Source of the DNA: an uncultured Chromatiales bacterium
GTDB taxonomy: Bacteria; Pseudomonadota; Gammaproteobacteria; Poriferisulfidales; Oxydemutatoraceae
Length of the DNA: 64,000 nt
Assembly: GCA_964347615.1 (NCBI GenBank)
Contig: CAYFZO010000002.1
Coordinates: 22,261 to 86,260 of the forward strand
Reading direction: 5' to 3'
This document shows positions 9,467 through 19,769 of the stretch, one piece after another. Every line of letters begins with the position of its first letter. Position 1 is the stretch's first letter. A model generated the notes under the pieces. It was not told the origin of the DNA and did no database searches. It saw nothing but the letters and a program-made list of their open reading frames with translations. Position numbers and translations under genes: made by a program.

Positions 9467-11072
9467 TCACTCCCATTCGATCGTCGCCGGCGGCTTGCCG
9501 GTAACGTCGTAACACACCCTCGACACCCCCGACACCTCGTTGACGATCCGCCGCGCGACCCCGTCGAGAAAATCCTCGGGCAGGCGCGCACGGCTCGCGG
9601 TCATGAAGTCGCTGGTTTCGACCGCGCGCAAAACGACGACGTGGCTGTACTCCCTGCCGTCCCCCATGACGCTGACCGACTTCACCGGCAGAAACACCGC
9701 GAACGCCTGAGACACCGAGTCGTACAAGCCTCCGCGTCTGAGCTCGTCGATGAAGATTCGGTCGGCCAAGCGCAGGGTCTCGACGTATTCCTCCTTGACT
9801 TCCCCTAAGACGCGAACCGCAAGCCCCGGGCCGGGAAAAGGGTGGCGACCGACGATCTCGTCGGGCAGGCCGAGTTCGCTCCCAAGCTTCCTGACTTCGT
9901 CCTTGAACAACGAAGACAACGGTTCAAGCAACTTCAGCCGCATGCGTTCGGGGAGGCCACCGACGTTGTGGTGAGATTTGATCAAGTGCGACGACTGCGA
10001 CGCCGCGGACTCGATGACGTCGGGGTAAATCGTGCCCTGCGCAAGCCAGGCGACCCGGGGAAATTTCGCCGCTTCCCTCTCGAAGACGTCTATGAACAGG
10101 CCGCCGATGATTTTCCTCTTCTCCTCGGGGTCGCTCACGCCGCGCAGCGCGCCAAAAAACGCGTCCTCGGCGCGCACGTGCACCAGATCAACGCCTACGT
10201 GCTTGGAGAAGGTCTCGACGACCTGCTCGGCTTCCCCCAACCTGAGCAGGCCCGTGTCAACAAACACGCAGTGCAGCTGCGGCCCGATTGCGCGATGGAT
10301 GAGCACCGCGGCCACCGCAGAATCAACGCCGCCCGACAAACCGAGGATAACTTCCTCGTCGCCGACCCGCCGACGAACCTCCTCGAGCTGCCGCTCGGCG
10401 ATCGCGTGCGGAGTCCACGACCGCCCGCAGCCGGCGATGACGGTCAAGAAACGCTCCAATATCGCGTTGCCGCTCGGCGTGTGCGTTACTTCGGGATGAA
10501 ATTGCAGGCCGTAATAACGACGAGACTCGTCGGCCATCGCCGCGACCGGCGAGCCGGCGGTGGCCGCCACCGCCTTGAATCCGGGCGGTATCTCGACCAC
10601 CTTGTCGCCGTGCGACATCCACACGTCCAAGGTATCGCTGCCGGCGTCGTGAACGCCGTCCAACAGCCGGTTGGAACACACCACCGACACTTGAGCGTGC
10701 CCGAATTCCCGGCGCCGCGACGGTTCAACCGCGCCGCCGAGCTGGTGCGCCATCGCCTGCATTCCGTAACAGATACCAAGCACCGGCACGCCGCGTTCAA
10801 ACACGCTCGGATGCACCGCCGGAGGATCGTCGACGTCGGCGGCGATCGATTCGGGCCCGCCCGACAAGATCACGCATTGCGGGGCGAACTCGGCGAGCAC
10901 GTCGGCGTTCACCGCCCGCCAGTCGAAAATCTCGCTGTAGACGCCGAATTCGCGCACTCGGCGTGCAATCAGTTGCGTGTATTGCGAGCCGAAATCCACA
11001 ATCAGCGCCTTGTCCCCGGCGCGCCCGATCGAATCCGCCGGGCGGGCGGCGGCGACCGCGCTGACCCGCGCT

Positions 11073-11080
<8 letters not shown>
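9467..11080 (-). CDS. guaA: GMP synthase (glutamine-hydrolysing)
   Basis: GATase motif [19 protein letters not shown] at the N-terminus and a C-terminal ATP-pyrophosphatase domain (SGGVDS), ending in the conserved TIEWE. The start is uncertain. My best candidate is the GTG at 11078-11080, which overlaps the guaB stop by 8 nt, because no ATG lies near the conserved N-terminus. Confidence 0.85.
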
Positions 11081-12527
<1,447 letters not shown>

Positions 12528-12582
12528 GGCGGCGTGCTTTCGGGCGATTGTATCATAAGGGGGAACGAAACCTCAGACGCTG

Positions 12583-13959
12583 ATGTCCGACGCCGAAACA
12601 GAATTCTCCGAAAACCGGCGCAAGGTTTACACGGTGAGCCGCCTGAACCGCGAAGTCAGGCGGCTGTTGCTCGACCACTTCGAACCGGTCCGGCTTGAAG
12701 GCGAGATTTCAAACCTTTCACGGCCCGCCTCCGGACACGTTTACTTCTCGCTGAAAGACACCGACGCCCAAGTTCGGTGCGCGATGTTTCGCGGCAGAAA
12801 CCGCACGCTCGATTTCAAGCCCGAGAACGGGATGCAGGTCCTGGTGCACGCGCGCGTTGACCTGTACGAGGTGCGCGGAGACTTCCAACTGATCGTGAAC
12901 TTCATGGAAGTCGCCGGACGCGGCGAACTGCACAGACGCTTCGAGGAAGTCAAACGCAAGCTGGCAAAGGAAGGATTGTTCGAGCAAGCGCGCAAACGGG
13001 CGATACCCGAGGCTCCGCGCCGCGTCGGCGTGATTACGTCCAAGCACGGTGCCGCACTGCACGACGTCCTGACGACGTTGAAGAAGCGTTTCCCCGCGAT
13101 CGAGGTCGTCGTGTATCCGACTCCGGTGCAAGGCGACGAAGCGCCCGCGTCAATCTGCCGGATGATCGAGACCGCCAACTCCCGTCGCGAAACCGACGTG
13201 CTGATCCTGGCCCGCGGCGGCGGATCGCTCGAGGATCTGTGGGCATTCAACGAAGAGCGCGTGGCACGCGCCGTCGCGGCTTCCGCCCTGCCGATCATCA
13301 CCGGCGTCGGCCACGAAGTGGACTTCACCATCGCCGACTTCGTCGCCGACGACCACGCACCGACGCCGACCGCCGCGGCGCAACGGGCAAGCCCCGACCG
13401 CGCCGCGCTGCTGCAAAACGCCGCCGACTTGCACCGACGCATGAGGAACCGCCTGACGGAACGGCTCAGGGCAACCGCGCAAACGTTGGCGTTGCAGCAA
13501 TCGCAGTTGATGCGCTTTCACCCGGCAACCCGCATCGAGCAGTGGATGCAAAAAGTGGACGAGGCGGGCGAACGCCTGCGTCTCGACGCCAGAAACTTCA
13601 TGGACGTCGCGGCCCGGCGGCTTGCATTCCTGAAGACGGCGCTGGAGCATCGCGCCCCGTTGGGCGACGTCCGCGCCGCGGCGGCGCGTTCGGCAAACGC
13701 CGCAAAAGCGATGAACCTCGCCGCCGGACGCGCGGTTCAGGTGCATCGCCACCGTCTCGAGCAGCTCTCGGCGCGCCTTGACGCCCGAAACCCGCTTGCC
13801 ACGCTGCAACGCGGCTACGCAATCGCCATTGACGAACGAGGCCGTGCGATTCGGTCGGTCGGCTCGGTCGAAACCGGGCAGAAAATCGAAGTGCGCGTAG
13901 CGGACGGACGAATCGGCGCCACGGTGAAAAGGCTGCACCGAGAGAAACAAACGACGTGA
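12583..13959 (+). CDS. xseA: exodeoxyribonuclease VII large subunit
   Basis: 458 aa with an N-terminal OB-fold (VSRLNREVRRLLLDHFEPVRLEGEISN...SGHVYFSLKD) and a central catalytic domain (ILARGGGSLEDLWAFNEE). Divergent from guaB, as in E. coli. Confidence 0.9.
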   Translation: MSDAETEFSENRRKVYTVSRLNREVRRLLLDHFEPVRLEGEISNLSRPASGHVYFSLKDTDAQVRCAMFRGRNRTLDFKPENGMQVLVHARVDLYEVRGDFQLIVNFMEVAGRGELHRRFEEVKRKLAKEGLFEQARKRAIPEAPRRVGVITSKHGAALHDVLTTLKKRFPAIEVVVYPTPVQGDEAPASICRMIETANSRRETDVLILARGGGSLEDLWAFNEERVARAVAASALPIITGVGHEVDFTIADFVADDHAPTPTAAAQRASPDRAALLQNAADLHRRMRNRLTERLRATAQTLALQQSQLMRFHPATRIEQWMQKVDEAGERLRLDARNFMDVAARRLAFLKTALEHRAPLGDVRAAAARSANAAKAMNLAAGRAVQVHRHRLEQLSARLDARNPLATLQRGYAIAIDERGRAIRSVGSVETGQKIEVRVADGRIGATVKRLHREKQTT

Positions 13960-14312
13960 TTCGCGCGGTTTGACGGGCGCTTGAACCACGCCGGAGCAGT
14001 GCCGGAATCGCCGCCCGGCCGTCGGGCCGGATGGACCCGGGCAACGCGGGAGCGCCCCGACCTCCCGGAACGGGGCAAGCGAGGCCGGTGCCGGCGGGAA
14101 TCTGCATCAGGAAGCATCGACCGGGTCCCGATCCGGCTCTGAGGCAAGGCTTTATCGCCTCAAAATCAAAGGCTGTTAAATCAAGACATTATCACAGCCT
14201 TGCGACCTGAGGCCCATACAGGCACTTGCACACGTTGGGCATAAGTTGTAAAAAGCGTGCGCCCAAAACAAGCCGACCAACCGAATAAGGCCAAACCAAT
14301 AAGGAAACTGTA

Positions 14313-15185
14313 ATGCCCGTAAAAAAGGCCAAAAAAAGCAAAACCAAAAGCGCGAGAAAGACCGTCTCGCCGCGGAAAAAGACCGTCAAGAAAAAGGCGG
14401 TGCGCAAAAAAACCCGCAGCGCGGTCAGGAAAAAAAGCGCGACCGCGAAGAGAAAAACCGCAAGGAAAAGCGTGAAAAAAGGCGCCGCCAAAAGGCGAAC
14501 CGCGTCTTCCGCCAAGAGAACCGTCCGTAAGAAGACCGCCCGCAAGAAGGTTGTCCGCAAGAAAGTCACCAAGAAAGTCGCCCAGAAAGTCACCAAGAGT
14601 GCGGCAAAAAAGAAAAAGGTCGCCAAGACGGCGAAGCGAAAGCCAGCACCCAAAAAGAAAACCGCAGCCAAGAAAAAGGCCGCTTTGAAACCACGCCGCG
14701 CGGCGACCAAACCGAGAAAACAACCACGAAAAAAACCAGGGGCGCGCATGCTCAAGCCCAAGGAAGAAAACGCGTCGCTCAGGCCGTCCAAGGCCTATCA
14801 GATCAAAAAAGGCGAACCCTACATGAACTCCCAGCAGCTAGAACACTTCAGTAAGATGCTGTTGGATTGGAAGAAAGAGCTGATGAAAGAGGTGGACAGG
14901 ACGGTTGATCACATGAAGTCTGGCGCCACCAACTTCGCCGACCCTGCCGACCGGGCGACTCAGGAGGAAGAATTCAGCCTGGAGTTGAGAACCCGCGACC
15001 GGGAAAGAAAGCTGATCAAGAAAATTGACGAGGCGCTGGGCATGATGGACATGGATGAATACGGCTATTGCAGCTCATGCGGCGCCGAAATCGGCGTGCG
15101 GCGACTCGAAGCACGCCCGACCGCAACGCTTTGCATCGACTGCAAAACGATGCAGGAAATCAAAGAGAAACAGATTGCTGACTAG
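14313..15185 (+). CDS. dksA: DksA-family RNA polymerase-binding transcription factor with an N-terminal ~145-aa lysine/alanine/arginine-rich histone H1-like extension
   Basis: The C-terminal 140 aa aligns closely to E. coli DksA. Shared elements are the coiled-coil tip motif DRATQEEEFSLELRTRDRERKLIKKID and the C4 zinc finger CSSCGAEI...CIDC. The N-terminal part is AKKSKTKSARK...KKKK low complexity. A good RBS (AAGGAAA) sits 7 nt upstream of the 14313 ATG. The internal Met at about 14754 (MLKPKEEN) could give a canonical-length isoform. Confidence 0.8.
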   Translation: MPVKKAKKSKTKSARKTVSPRKKTVKKKAVRKKTRSAVRKKSATAKRKTARKSVKKGAAKRRTASSAKRTVRKKTARKKVVRKKVTKKVAQKVTKSAAKKKKVAKTAKRKPAPKKKTAAKKKAALKPRRAATKPRKQPRKKPGARMLKPKEENASLRPSKAYQIKKGEPYMNSQQLEHFSKMLLDWKKELMKEVDRTVDHMKSGATNFADPADRATQEEEFSLELRTRDRERKLIKKIDEALGMMDMDEYGYCSSCGAEIGVRRLEARPTATLCIDCKTMQEIKEKQIAD

Positions 15186-15263
15186 GGGGCCGACTAGGGG
15201 GCCGACCAGGGGGCCGACCAGGGGGCCGACCAGGGGGCCGACCAGGGGGCCGACTAGGGGCTG
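15180..15263 (+). repeat. 12-nt tandem repeat (GAC[T/C]AGGGGGCC) x7, in frame with and containing the dksA stop codon
   Basis: Seven head-to-tail units. Position 4 of each unit is T (making TAG) in units 1, 2 and 7, and C (making CAG) in units 3-6. The first TAG is the dksA stop codon. Confidence 0.9.
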
Positions 15264-15285
15264 ATTAAGGGGCGATCGGGGCAAA

Positions 15286-15330
15286 CGGCGGCACCGCCGC
15301 CAAGCGAGGTGCCGCAAAAAAGCGTTTTTT
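15286..15330. terminator. putative bidirectional intrinsic terminator between the convergent dksA and monooxygenase-cluster genes
   Basis: GC hairpin GGCACC-GCCGCCAAGCGA-GGTGCC (15290-15313) followed by the palindromic A6GCGT6 tract, which gives a U-run in either orientation. Confidence 0.45.
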
Positions 15331-15370
15331 GGGAGGAGACGTTCGCCCCGGGAATTTCAACTCTCCCGGC

Positions 15371-15592
15371 TCAACTCTCCTGATCCTGATCCTTCAGCCA
15401 CTGCCACGGAGTCTCTTTCACGATCAGGAAATAAATCCAGATGTTGCCGACCACTGCGATCAGAAGCAGCACCGCGGCCCCCAAGCTCCACAGCACGTTG
15501 TGCATCACGTCCCGAAAGCCGATGAACTCCATCAGTGCCCATATCGCGAAAGACCAAACCGCCATGGCGGCAAAAGCTGTTAAGGTTTTCAT
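15371..15592 (-). CDS. small 2-TM membrane protein of unknown function, last gene of the monooxygenase cluster
   Basis: I place the start at MKTLTAFAAMAVWSFAIWALMEF, with a strong RBS GGGGAGAA upstream. It has two hydrophobic helices and lies 30 nt downstream of the reductase stop. Confidence 0.45.
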   Translation of the reverse strand: MKTLTAFAAMAVWSFAIWALMEFIGFRDVMHNVLWSLGAAVLLLIAVVGNIWIYFLIVKETPWQWLKDQDQES

Positions 15593-15622
15593 GTTCTCCC
15601 CCTTGGTTGTCAAACCGTCGTG

Positions 15623-16750
15623 CTAGCGCCCGCCCGGTATCGTGCTTGCGTCCAAAAACTTATCATAGAAAATACTTTCTTCGCAAAGCCCGGCTTCGGT
15701 CAGCGCCTTGATGCCCGCGTCTATCATCGGAGGCGGGCCGCACATGTAAGCTTGGCAAACCGTGACGTCAAGCAGACCGGGTTCGATGTAACGGCGGTGG
15801 AGATGCTCGGTGACAAACCCCCGCGGCCCGTCCCAGTCGCTGTCGTCCGGCTCGTTGGAAAGCACGAATTCAAACTCGAATTTATGGTCTTTATGCCAGT
15901 TTGAACGGATCTTTTCCATTTCCTCCCGGCAATAAATATCGGCCTGGGTGCGTGCACCGAACAAAAACACCGCGTCGCGTTGAATCTGGTCGTTGCACGC
16001 GGCTTCGAGCACCGCCTTGACCGCGCTCATGCCGCTGCCGCCGGCGATGCAAATCATCGGTGTGTCGCCGTCGCGCAGATAAAAATTGCCGTAGGGCGCC
16101 ACCACCGTCAAACGCGTCCCTTCACGGTTTTCGCCGAACAGCCACTCGGTGAACTCTCCGCCGGGGACAAGCCGCACGTAAAAGGTAACTTCTCCCTGGT
16201 TTTCGTTCTCGGGCGCTTTGGCGAACGAATAACTGCGTGGTTTGCTCAAGCCCGGGTATGAAATCTCCGCGTACTGCCCGGCCAAGACCCCGGCGGGAAT
16301 CGGCTCGTCGCAAACAATCGTCATCTCCATGATGTCGTGGGTCAGGCGGCGCGCGGAATTCAAGCTGCCTTCCCGGGTCACGACCGCAATCTTGCCGCTC
16401 TCCTCGAGCTCGACTTCGACCGCAACGTCACTTTTCAGCGCGGTCTGGCAGGCCAGGATCATGCCCTGGTTCAGCTGTTCAGGCGTCAAGACGTAGGAAA
16501 AGTCGTTGAGTGCCTTGATCTTGCCTTCCTTCAAGAAGCACCTGCACGTGCCGCAGCTGCCGACCCTGCAATCGTGCGGCCAATCAAGTCCCGCGGCGAG
16601 CCCCGCGGCAAGCAGGTTTTCACCGGCTTTCACGGTCAGCTCGTGTTCCGAGTTGATTGTCGCTCGCCAATCTTTTTTCTTAAACAGTCCAAACACCGTG
16701 AATAAAACCGCTGAAGTTAACCTCACTGCACGGGACACGCGCTTTCCCAA
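15623..16750 (-). CDS. XylA/CymAb-type monooxygenase reductase (N-terminal plant-type [2Fe-2S] ferredoxin fused to ferredoxin-NAD(P)+ reductase)
   Basis: N-terminal CxxxxCxxC...C motif (CRVGSCGTCRC...ILACQ), FAD-binding RSYSFA motif and NAD-binding ICIAGGSGMSAV motif. There is an unusual hydrophobic segment at the extreme N-terminus (LTSAVLFTVFGLF). Confidence 0.8.
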   Translation of the reverse strand: MGKRVSRAVRLTSAVLFTVFGLFKKKDWRATINSEHELTVKAGENLLAAGLAAGLDWPHDCRVGSCGTCRCFLKEGKIKALNDFSYVLTPEQLNQGMILACQTALKSDVAVEVELEESGKIAVVTREGSLNSARRLTHDIMEMTIVCDEPIPAGVLAGQYAEISYPGLSKPRSYSFAKAPENENQGEVTFYVRLVPGGEFTEWLFGENREGTRLTVVAPYGNFYLRDGDTPMICIAGGSGMSAVKAVLEAACNDQIQRDAVFLFGARTQADIYCREEMEKIRSNWHKDHKFEFEFVLSNEPDDSDWDGPRGFVTEHLHRRYIEPGLLDVTVCQAYMCGPPPMIDAGIKALTEAGLCEESIFYDKFLDASTIPGGR

Positions 16751-16838
16751 AAATAAAAGCGCCTGAGCCCATGATAAATGAGATCAAGCGCTTTTAGAAC
16801 AGAGCTTCACGCCCGAAAAGCTTCCGCCCGGGATAAAC

Positions 16839-17498
16839 CTAGACGTTGATAGAGATATCCCGCAACCGCCCTTCCTGCATGTCGTCCGCCGTCGGGACCG
16901 TCGTGAACGGAATGATTTTCTCCTTGCTCGTGCTCGGATGGCTCTTCACTTTCTCAAACCACGCGCTGATAGCGGGTTTCGAATTGACCACGTCGGCACG
17001 TCCCTTGACGTGCAGCATATTGGCGCACGCCGACCAATGAATGTCGGCCAAGGAAAAGTCACCGCATATAAAATCGCCTTTTTTCGGCGGGTTGGCGATT
17101 TGCTTGTCCAATGCGTCGAGAATCGGAGCAAGCTCCGAAACGGAGTCGTCGGCAATCATCTGCTGCGCCCGTCCCATCGCGACGGTAATCCACTGATACA
17201 TGATTGCGCGGTGAACACCGTTTCTCGGCACCAGCGACGGACCGAAACCCTTGTCGTCAAGGTATGACATCACGGCCAAAGTGCCGTAGACCGCATATTT
17301 GATGTCTCTCAGGGCCGGTGCTACCCCGAGAGGGGAAGTGCCGCTGAAATCGGAATCGGCGCCGGCGCTGTTCGGGTCAATCACCTTGGCTTCAATGTCC
17401 ACGCCTTTCTCGGCGGCGGTCTGCAAACATTTGGCAGTATCGATGCACTTGGGGTGCCCGTAAATCAACATCCGATTCCGTAACTGATCGCCAATCAT
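16839..17498 (-). CDS. glutathione S-transferase-like protein
   Basis: GST fold. The N-terminal thioredoxin-like part has a Cys (HPKC) near the usual catalytic position, and the C-terminal helical domain carries the DFSLADI motif. The start may be the internal MLIYGHPKC. Confidence 0.55.
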   Translation of the reverse strand: MIGDQLRNRMLIYGHPKCIDTAKCLQTAAEKGVDIEAKVIDPNSAGADSDFSGTSPLGVAPALRDIKYAVYGTLAVMSYLDDKGFGPSLVPRNGVHRAIMYQWITVAMGRAQQMIADDSVSELAPILDALDKQIANPPKKGDFICGDFSLADIHWSACANMLHVKGRADVVNSKPAISAWFEKVKSHPSTSKEKIIPFTTVPTADDMQEGRLRDISINV

Positions 17499-17606
17499 CT
17501 CAAAACGCCTCCTTTTTCTGGCTGGTCATCAAGAACACCGCCGCTTCAGCTACGGCGGCGCACGGGTCGCTGCGCCCGGCAGCTCCCAGCTGGCAAAACG
17601 CCGCGC

Positions 17607-17789
17607 TTAGCTCTCGTGTACGGTCAGTGCACCGGACGGGCACAGCTTGACCGTTTCACGAATGACTTCTTCGCTGGCGCCACTTTGGTCGATTACAAAC
17701 TTACCGTCCTCAACCTTGAACACGGTAGGCAGGTTCTCGACGCACTTACCCGCGTGGATGCAGGTGCCCTCGTCCCATCTTACTTCCAT
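17607..17789 (-). CDS. divergent 4Fe-4S mono-cluster (Fer4_19/DUF1271-like) small iron-sulfur protein
   Basis: 60 aa with the Cys pattern C-x-H-x-x-x-C...C-P (GTCIHAGKC...KLCPSGAL) typical of the divergent mono-cluster ferredoxin family. Confidence 0.5.
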   Translation of the reverse strand: MEVRWDEGTCIHAGKCVENLPTVFKVEDGKFVIDQSGASEEVIRETVKLCPSGALTVHES

Positions 17790-17940
17790 TGTCGGTATCC
17801 TCCATATATATCAAAACGAATAGGCACAAAAGTCCTTTCCGTCGTTATCGCTCCGGAACGACCCGCCCCGGAGGCAAAAGCACGGGTCCCGGGGGCAACC
17901 CCGAGACCCGCGATTTCTACCACGTCGGCCCGGTGAACCC

Positions 17941-19083
17941 TCAGGCGTAGCCCGCCTGCTTGTTCATCAGGTCCGCAATCCGTCGCTCGCCTTCAGAAGC
18001 CTCCTGCTCGTCCCACTTCTTCAACTGCTTCTGCATCATGGTGTGGAACAGCATCGGCAACAGCGCCACGCCGAACAACGCAAAATAGCCGTAGCCCGTG
18101 TTCGGAGCGCCCACTTCGTCCAATTCCCAAAAGTGGGTCTCGCCTCGGTCGTGGTGATCCGCCTGACGACCGATCTCGATGAAATACCAACTCGTGAACG
18201 CCGTCGAGTTGTCCCACGAGTGGCGGTAGTCTATCGGCTGACCCTTCTCCCGGATCAGACCATAGTGCTCCATGTAGTTCAGCGCCTCCAACTCAAAGTT
18301 CGAAACCAACCACATCACCGCCAAGCACGCTATACCCGTCCACCCGCCGGCGAACCAGAACAGGAACAACGACGGAAGGCTCATCGCGTAGCCGCGAAGC
18401 CAACGATTCTGCCACGACAAAAACGGAACTCCCAGACGCTCCAAGCGTTGCTTCTCCATGCTGTACAGAAACTTCGACTGACCCAGGTGGGACTTCGGAA
18501 AGTGAAGGTAGATGCTGCGACCGCGCGGGGACGTCGCCGGATCGTCGTCGCAACCCAACTCCAGATGATGGTTGTATACGTGCGCGTAGCAAAAATGCGA
18601 CGAACAACTCAATCCCATCATCCACCGCGAAATCACGAAACTGAAGCCTTTCGTGTGCGCCAACTCGTGTCCGTAAATTATCCCGATCCCCATGAATATC
18701 GCCGAAGACAGCGCCGCGCCCGCCAGTTGCGAACCCGTGATCCCCTGATACACCGTGATGCCCAGAATCTCCATCGTCCCAAAAGGCACCGCGTTCACGT
18801 ATTCATACACTCGCCACGCCAGGTTCAACTGCAACAGAATGAAAACCGCAAGCATCAGATACATCACCGCGTTCTGAAACGCCGGTATCCCATACAACTC
18901 GCCGTCCTCGTCGAAACCCGCGCCCATCGTGCGCCACGGCGTCAATGCGTCCAGCACAATCGCCATACCGAGCATATACACGCCCAGCCATACCCACGGG
19001 CCGCCTATGAATACGCCGTACATGCCCAGCACAATCGAAATCGGCGCCAGCATGTAACGACCGTTAATCAGGAACTTCTTCAT
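17941..19083 (-). CDS. AlkB/XylM-family integral-membrane non-heme diiron monooxygenase (alkane/xylene/p-cymene hydroxylase-like)
   Basis: Carries the histidine boxes HELAHTKG and HVYNHH. Also carries the AlkB-family signature NYMEHYGL and the ADHHDRG box, with multiple TM helices. I set the start at the ATG at 19081-19083 (MKKFLINGRY), which has a GGAGG RBS. Confidence 0.85.
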   Translation of the reverse strand: MKKFLINGRYMLAPISIVLGMYGVFIGGPWVWLGVYMLGMAIVLDALTPWRTMGAGFDEDGELYGIPAFQNAVMYLMLAVFILLQLNLAWRVYEYVNAVPFGTMEILGITVYQGITGSQLAGAALSSAIFMGIGIIYGHELAHTKGFSFVISRWMMGLSCSSHFCYAHVYNHHLELGCDDDPATSPRGRSIYLHFPKSHLGQSKFLYSMEKQRLERLGVPFLSWQNRWLRGYAMSLPSLFLFWFAGGWTGIACLAVMWLVSNFELEALNYMEHYGLIREKGQPIDYRHSWDNSTAFTSWYFIEIGRQADHHDRGETHFWELDEVGAPNTGYGYFALFGVALLPMLFHTMMQKQLKKWDEQEASEGERRIADLMNKQAGYA

Positions 19084-19292
19084 CGTTAAGCCTCCAGCTT
19101 GTTTACGTTGTTTATGAGGTTTGTTCTCTGTTTCCGGGAGGATTCGGAACCCAGCCCGACGTATAAAAGAGAGTGCCGTTCGGCACCCGCTTAATCTCAA
19201 TTGCATACCACAATTGCCCGACTACATCCAAGCATACATGCAAAAGCCTCTATATAACAATTGGTTAAGCTTGTGAATATCAGGCGGCAACC

Positions 19293-19691
19293 CTATGTCG
19301 AGAACGCGAGCGACACCGAATTGATGCAGTAGCGCAGGCCGTCGGGCGGCGGCCCGTCGGAAAAAACGTGCCCCAGATGCGCACCGCACGAGGCGCAATG
19401 CACCTCGGTCCTGACCATGCCGTGCGAACAGTCGGGTTCGGTTTCAACGCAAGTCGAATCAAGCGCTCGGGAAAAGCTCGGCCAGCCGGTACCGGAATCA
19501 AATTTGGCTTCGGATGAAAACAACGGCGACCCGCAACAGCTGCATTCATAAATCCCGGGGGTCTTGCAGTCGTGATATTCGCCACTGAACGCAGGTTCGG
19601 TACCTTTGAGTCGGCACACGCGAAACTGCTCGGGGCTTAGGGCGGCGCGCCACTCGGCTTCCGACTTGACGACCTTTTTCACGGCTTGCAC
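19293..19691 (-). CDS. msrB: peptide-methionine (R)-S-oxide reductase
   Basis: SelR domain with two CxxC zinc motifs ([20 protein letters not shown]) and the catalytic GTGWPSF region. The start is uncertain (GTG at 19689-19691 proposed). The track TTG at 19769 abuts the pnp stop and is unlikely. Confidence 0.8.
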   Translation of the reverse strand: MQAVKKVVKSEAEWRAALSPEQFRVCRLKGTEPAFSGEYHDCKTPGIYECSCCGSPLFSSEAKFDSGTGWPSFSRALDSTCVETEPDCSHGMVRTEVHCASCGAHLGHVFSDGPPPDGLRYCINSVSLAFST

Positions 19692-19769
19692 CCCACTTGC
19701 GCCCCACCTGCACCTCGGGCCGACGGCGGAATCAAGTCTTGGAAAAGCGGCAAAGCCCCCGCGGGACAA

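Noticed and set aside
14181-14791. Two minus-strand ORFs (180 and 199 aa) antisense to the lysine-rich part of dksA
   Set aside because: Antisense translation of the AAG/AAA-rich region gives Phe/Leu-rich hydrophobic artefacts. The sense frame is continuous with a bona fide DksA domain and has a strong RBS.
15180-15263. Possible CRISPR array
   Set aside because: The period is only 12 nt, with no spacers, no cas genes and head-to-tail identical units. It is a minisatellite, not a CRISPR.
15055-15317. ORFs 15055..15264 (+) and 15075..15317 (-), translating the 12-nt repeat as TRGPTRGP... and LVGPLVGP...
   Set aside because: These are out-of-frame or antisense translations of the tandem repeat downstream of dksA. 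Neither has an RBS or other coding features. The repeat is reported as a repeat feature instead.
19692-19769. TTG start for msrB immediately abutting the pnp stop codon
   Set aside because: MsrB homologues begin near the KSEAEW segment. The 26 extra residues are non-conserved. An internal GTG at 19689-19691 is more plausible, though uncertain.
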